Assembly: GCA_965153285.1 (NCBI GenBank)
Contig: OZ229119.1
From: Podarcis tiliguerta
Lineage: Eukaryota
Strand: one strand, 5' to 3'
DNA: 64,000 nt
The position numbers were made by a program, and so were the translations under genes. Positions 63,230 to 64,000 of the stretch are shown in pieces. Numbering within the stretch: the first letter of the stretch is position 1; the number at the start of each line of letters is the position of its first letter. Under the pieces are notes generated by a model that was given only the letters and a program-made list of their open reading frames with translations, was not told where the DNA came from and did not search any database.

Positions 63230-63950
63230 ATCGGATGCACTGGCTTCCCGCCGCACGTGTGTACCCAGCAACCCCTCTACACAGGGGTGCCACTCTGTCC
63301 AATGGTTCTCCGACAGAGGGCGCCCTCCTCCTGCTCCCCCCAGCAGGGGCTCTTTACCTGATGTACGGGAACAGCGGCTCCACGTGGCCTTCGAGGACAG
63401 CGATCACGTAGGAGATGATGAAGGAGGCCGAAGACCAGACGACCAGCAGCGTCGGAACGAAGGCCGCTCCTTGCGTGCAGCAAGGCATCCTGTGCTGCTG
63501 CCACCGCCAGCGGCGCCCCCTAGGGATCAGCGGCTGCCTCTCCCCGCCGCCAGGCATGGAGGCAAGAGAGGCCGCGCCGGCTCGCGGAAGCGTGGAGCAG
63601 CCTGGCAGGCGAGTGAAGTCACAAAGCGCCTGAAGTCACAAAACTTTTAATTGGGAGGCCAGAGGCGCCGCGCGCGCGCGCACACACACACGCCTTTTCT
63701 CCCTCCTCGCGCGAGCTTCGTGGAAGAGAACTAGGACACGCGCAGACACGACCAGTCCCTCGCTTTCTTCTGCAGCCGCTTCCTCCGAGTTGCTTCTATT
63801 CGCAGCTCAGTCCGACGCCCTTTTGGAAAGAGAGAGAAAAGGAGAGGCCACCGAGGTCTCTCTCGCTTCCTCCTACACACCTGCAGAAAGTTATCTCGCG
63901 CAGAGAGCAGGAAGTCTCTCTCTCTCTCTGCTTTCAGAGAGCGCAAGTCC
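63230..63950 (-). promoter_or_regulatory. DRAM1 CpG island / promoter
   Basis: CpG-dense region covering exon 1 and upstream sequence; boundaries approximate. Confidence 0.75.
63358..63488 (-). CDS. DRAM1: DRAM1 coding exon 1 ([44 protein letters not shown])
   Basis: aggATG start, AG|gtaaag donor, 131 bp; matches human MLCFLRGMAFVPFLLVTWSSAAFIISY; an in-frame upstream ATG exists at 63557. Confidence 0.95.
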
Positions 63951-64000
63951 AGCCTCTAAGAAACCGAATTCCCCTCACAATCCCAATGCTGTACTTTTCC

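Overview
Eukaryotic genomic DNA from a squamate reptile. A lacertid lizard is inferred from the Sauria SINEs, CORE-SINEs with (TTC)n tails and Tigger-type MITEs. The window holds three spliced genes in the order and relative orientation known from the human DRAM1-WASHC3-NUP37 block: (1) the last five coding exons of NUP37 (+, 1883-7639); (2) complete WASHC3/CCDC53 (+, 7 coding exons, 16267-33575, 202 aa); (3) complete DRAM1 (-, 7 coding exons, 63488-49187, 238 aa), whose intron 4 is a U12-type minor-spliceosome intron. The rest is intronic or intergenic and rich in transposable elements. Almost all other ORFs in the six-frame track are artefacts of repeats or GC-rich DNA. I found no evidence for a new protein-coding system. 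The most unusual structures are non-coding. Two Tc2/pogo-like non-autonomous DNA transposons share ends but carry unrelated GC-rich minisatellite arrays made of hairpin units; one array shows an in-array loop inversion and compensatory stem changes. A Penelope-derived hammerhead-ribozyme remnant lies upstream of WASHC3. A MITE family carries the same ZNF143/THAP11-type motif found in the WASHC3 promoter. There are also several clean nested or TSD-flanked insertions. All family names come from recalled motifs, not database searches.
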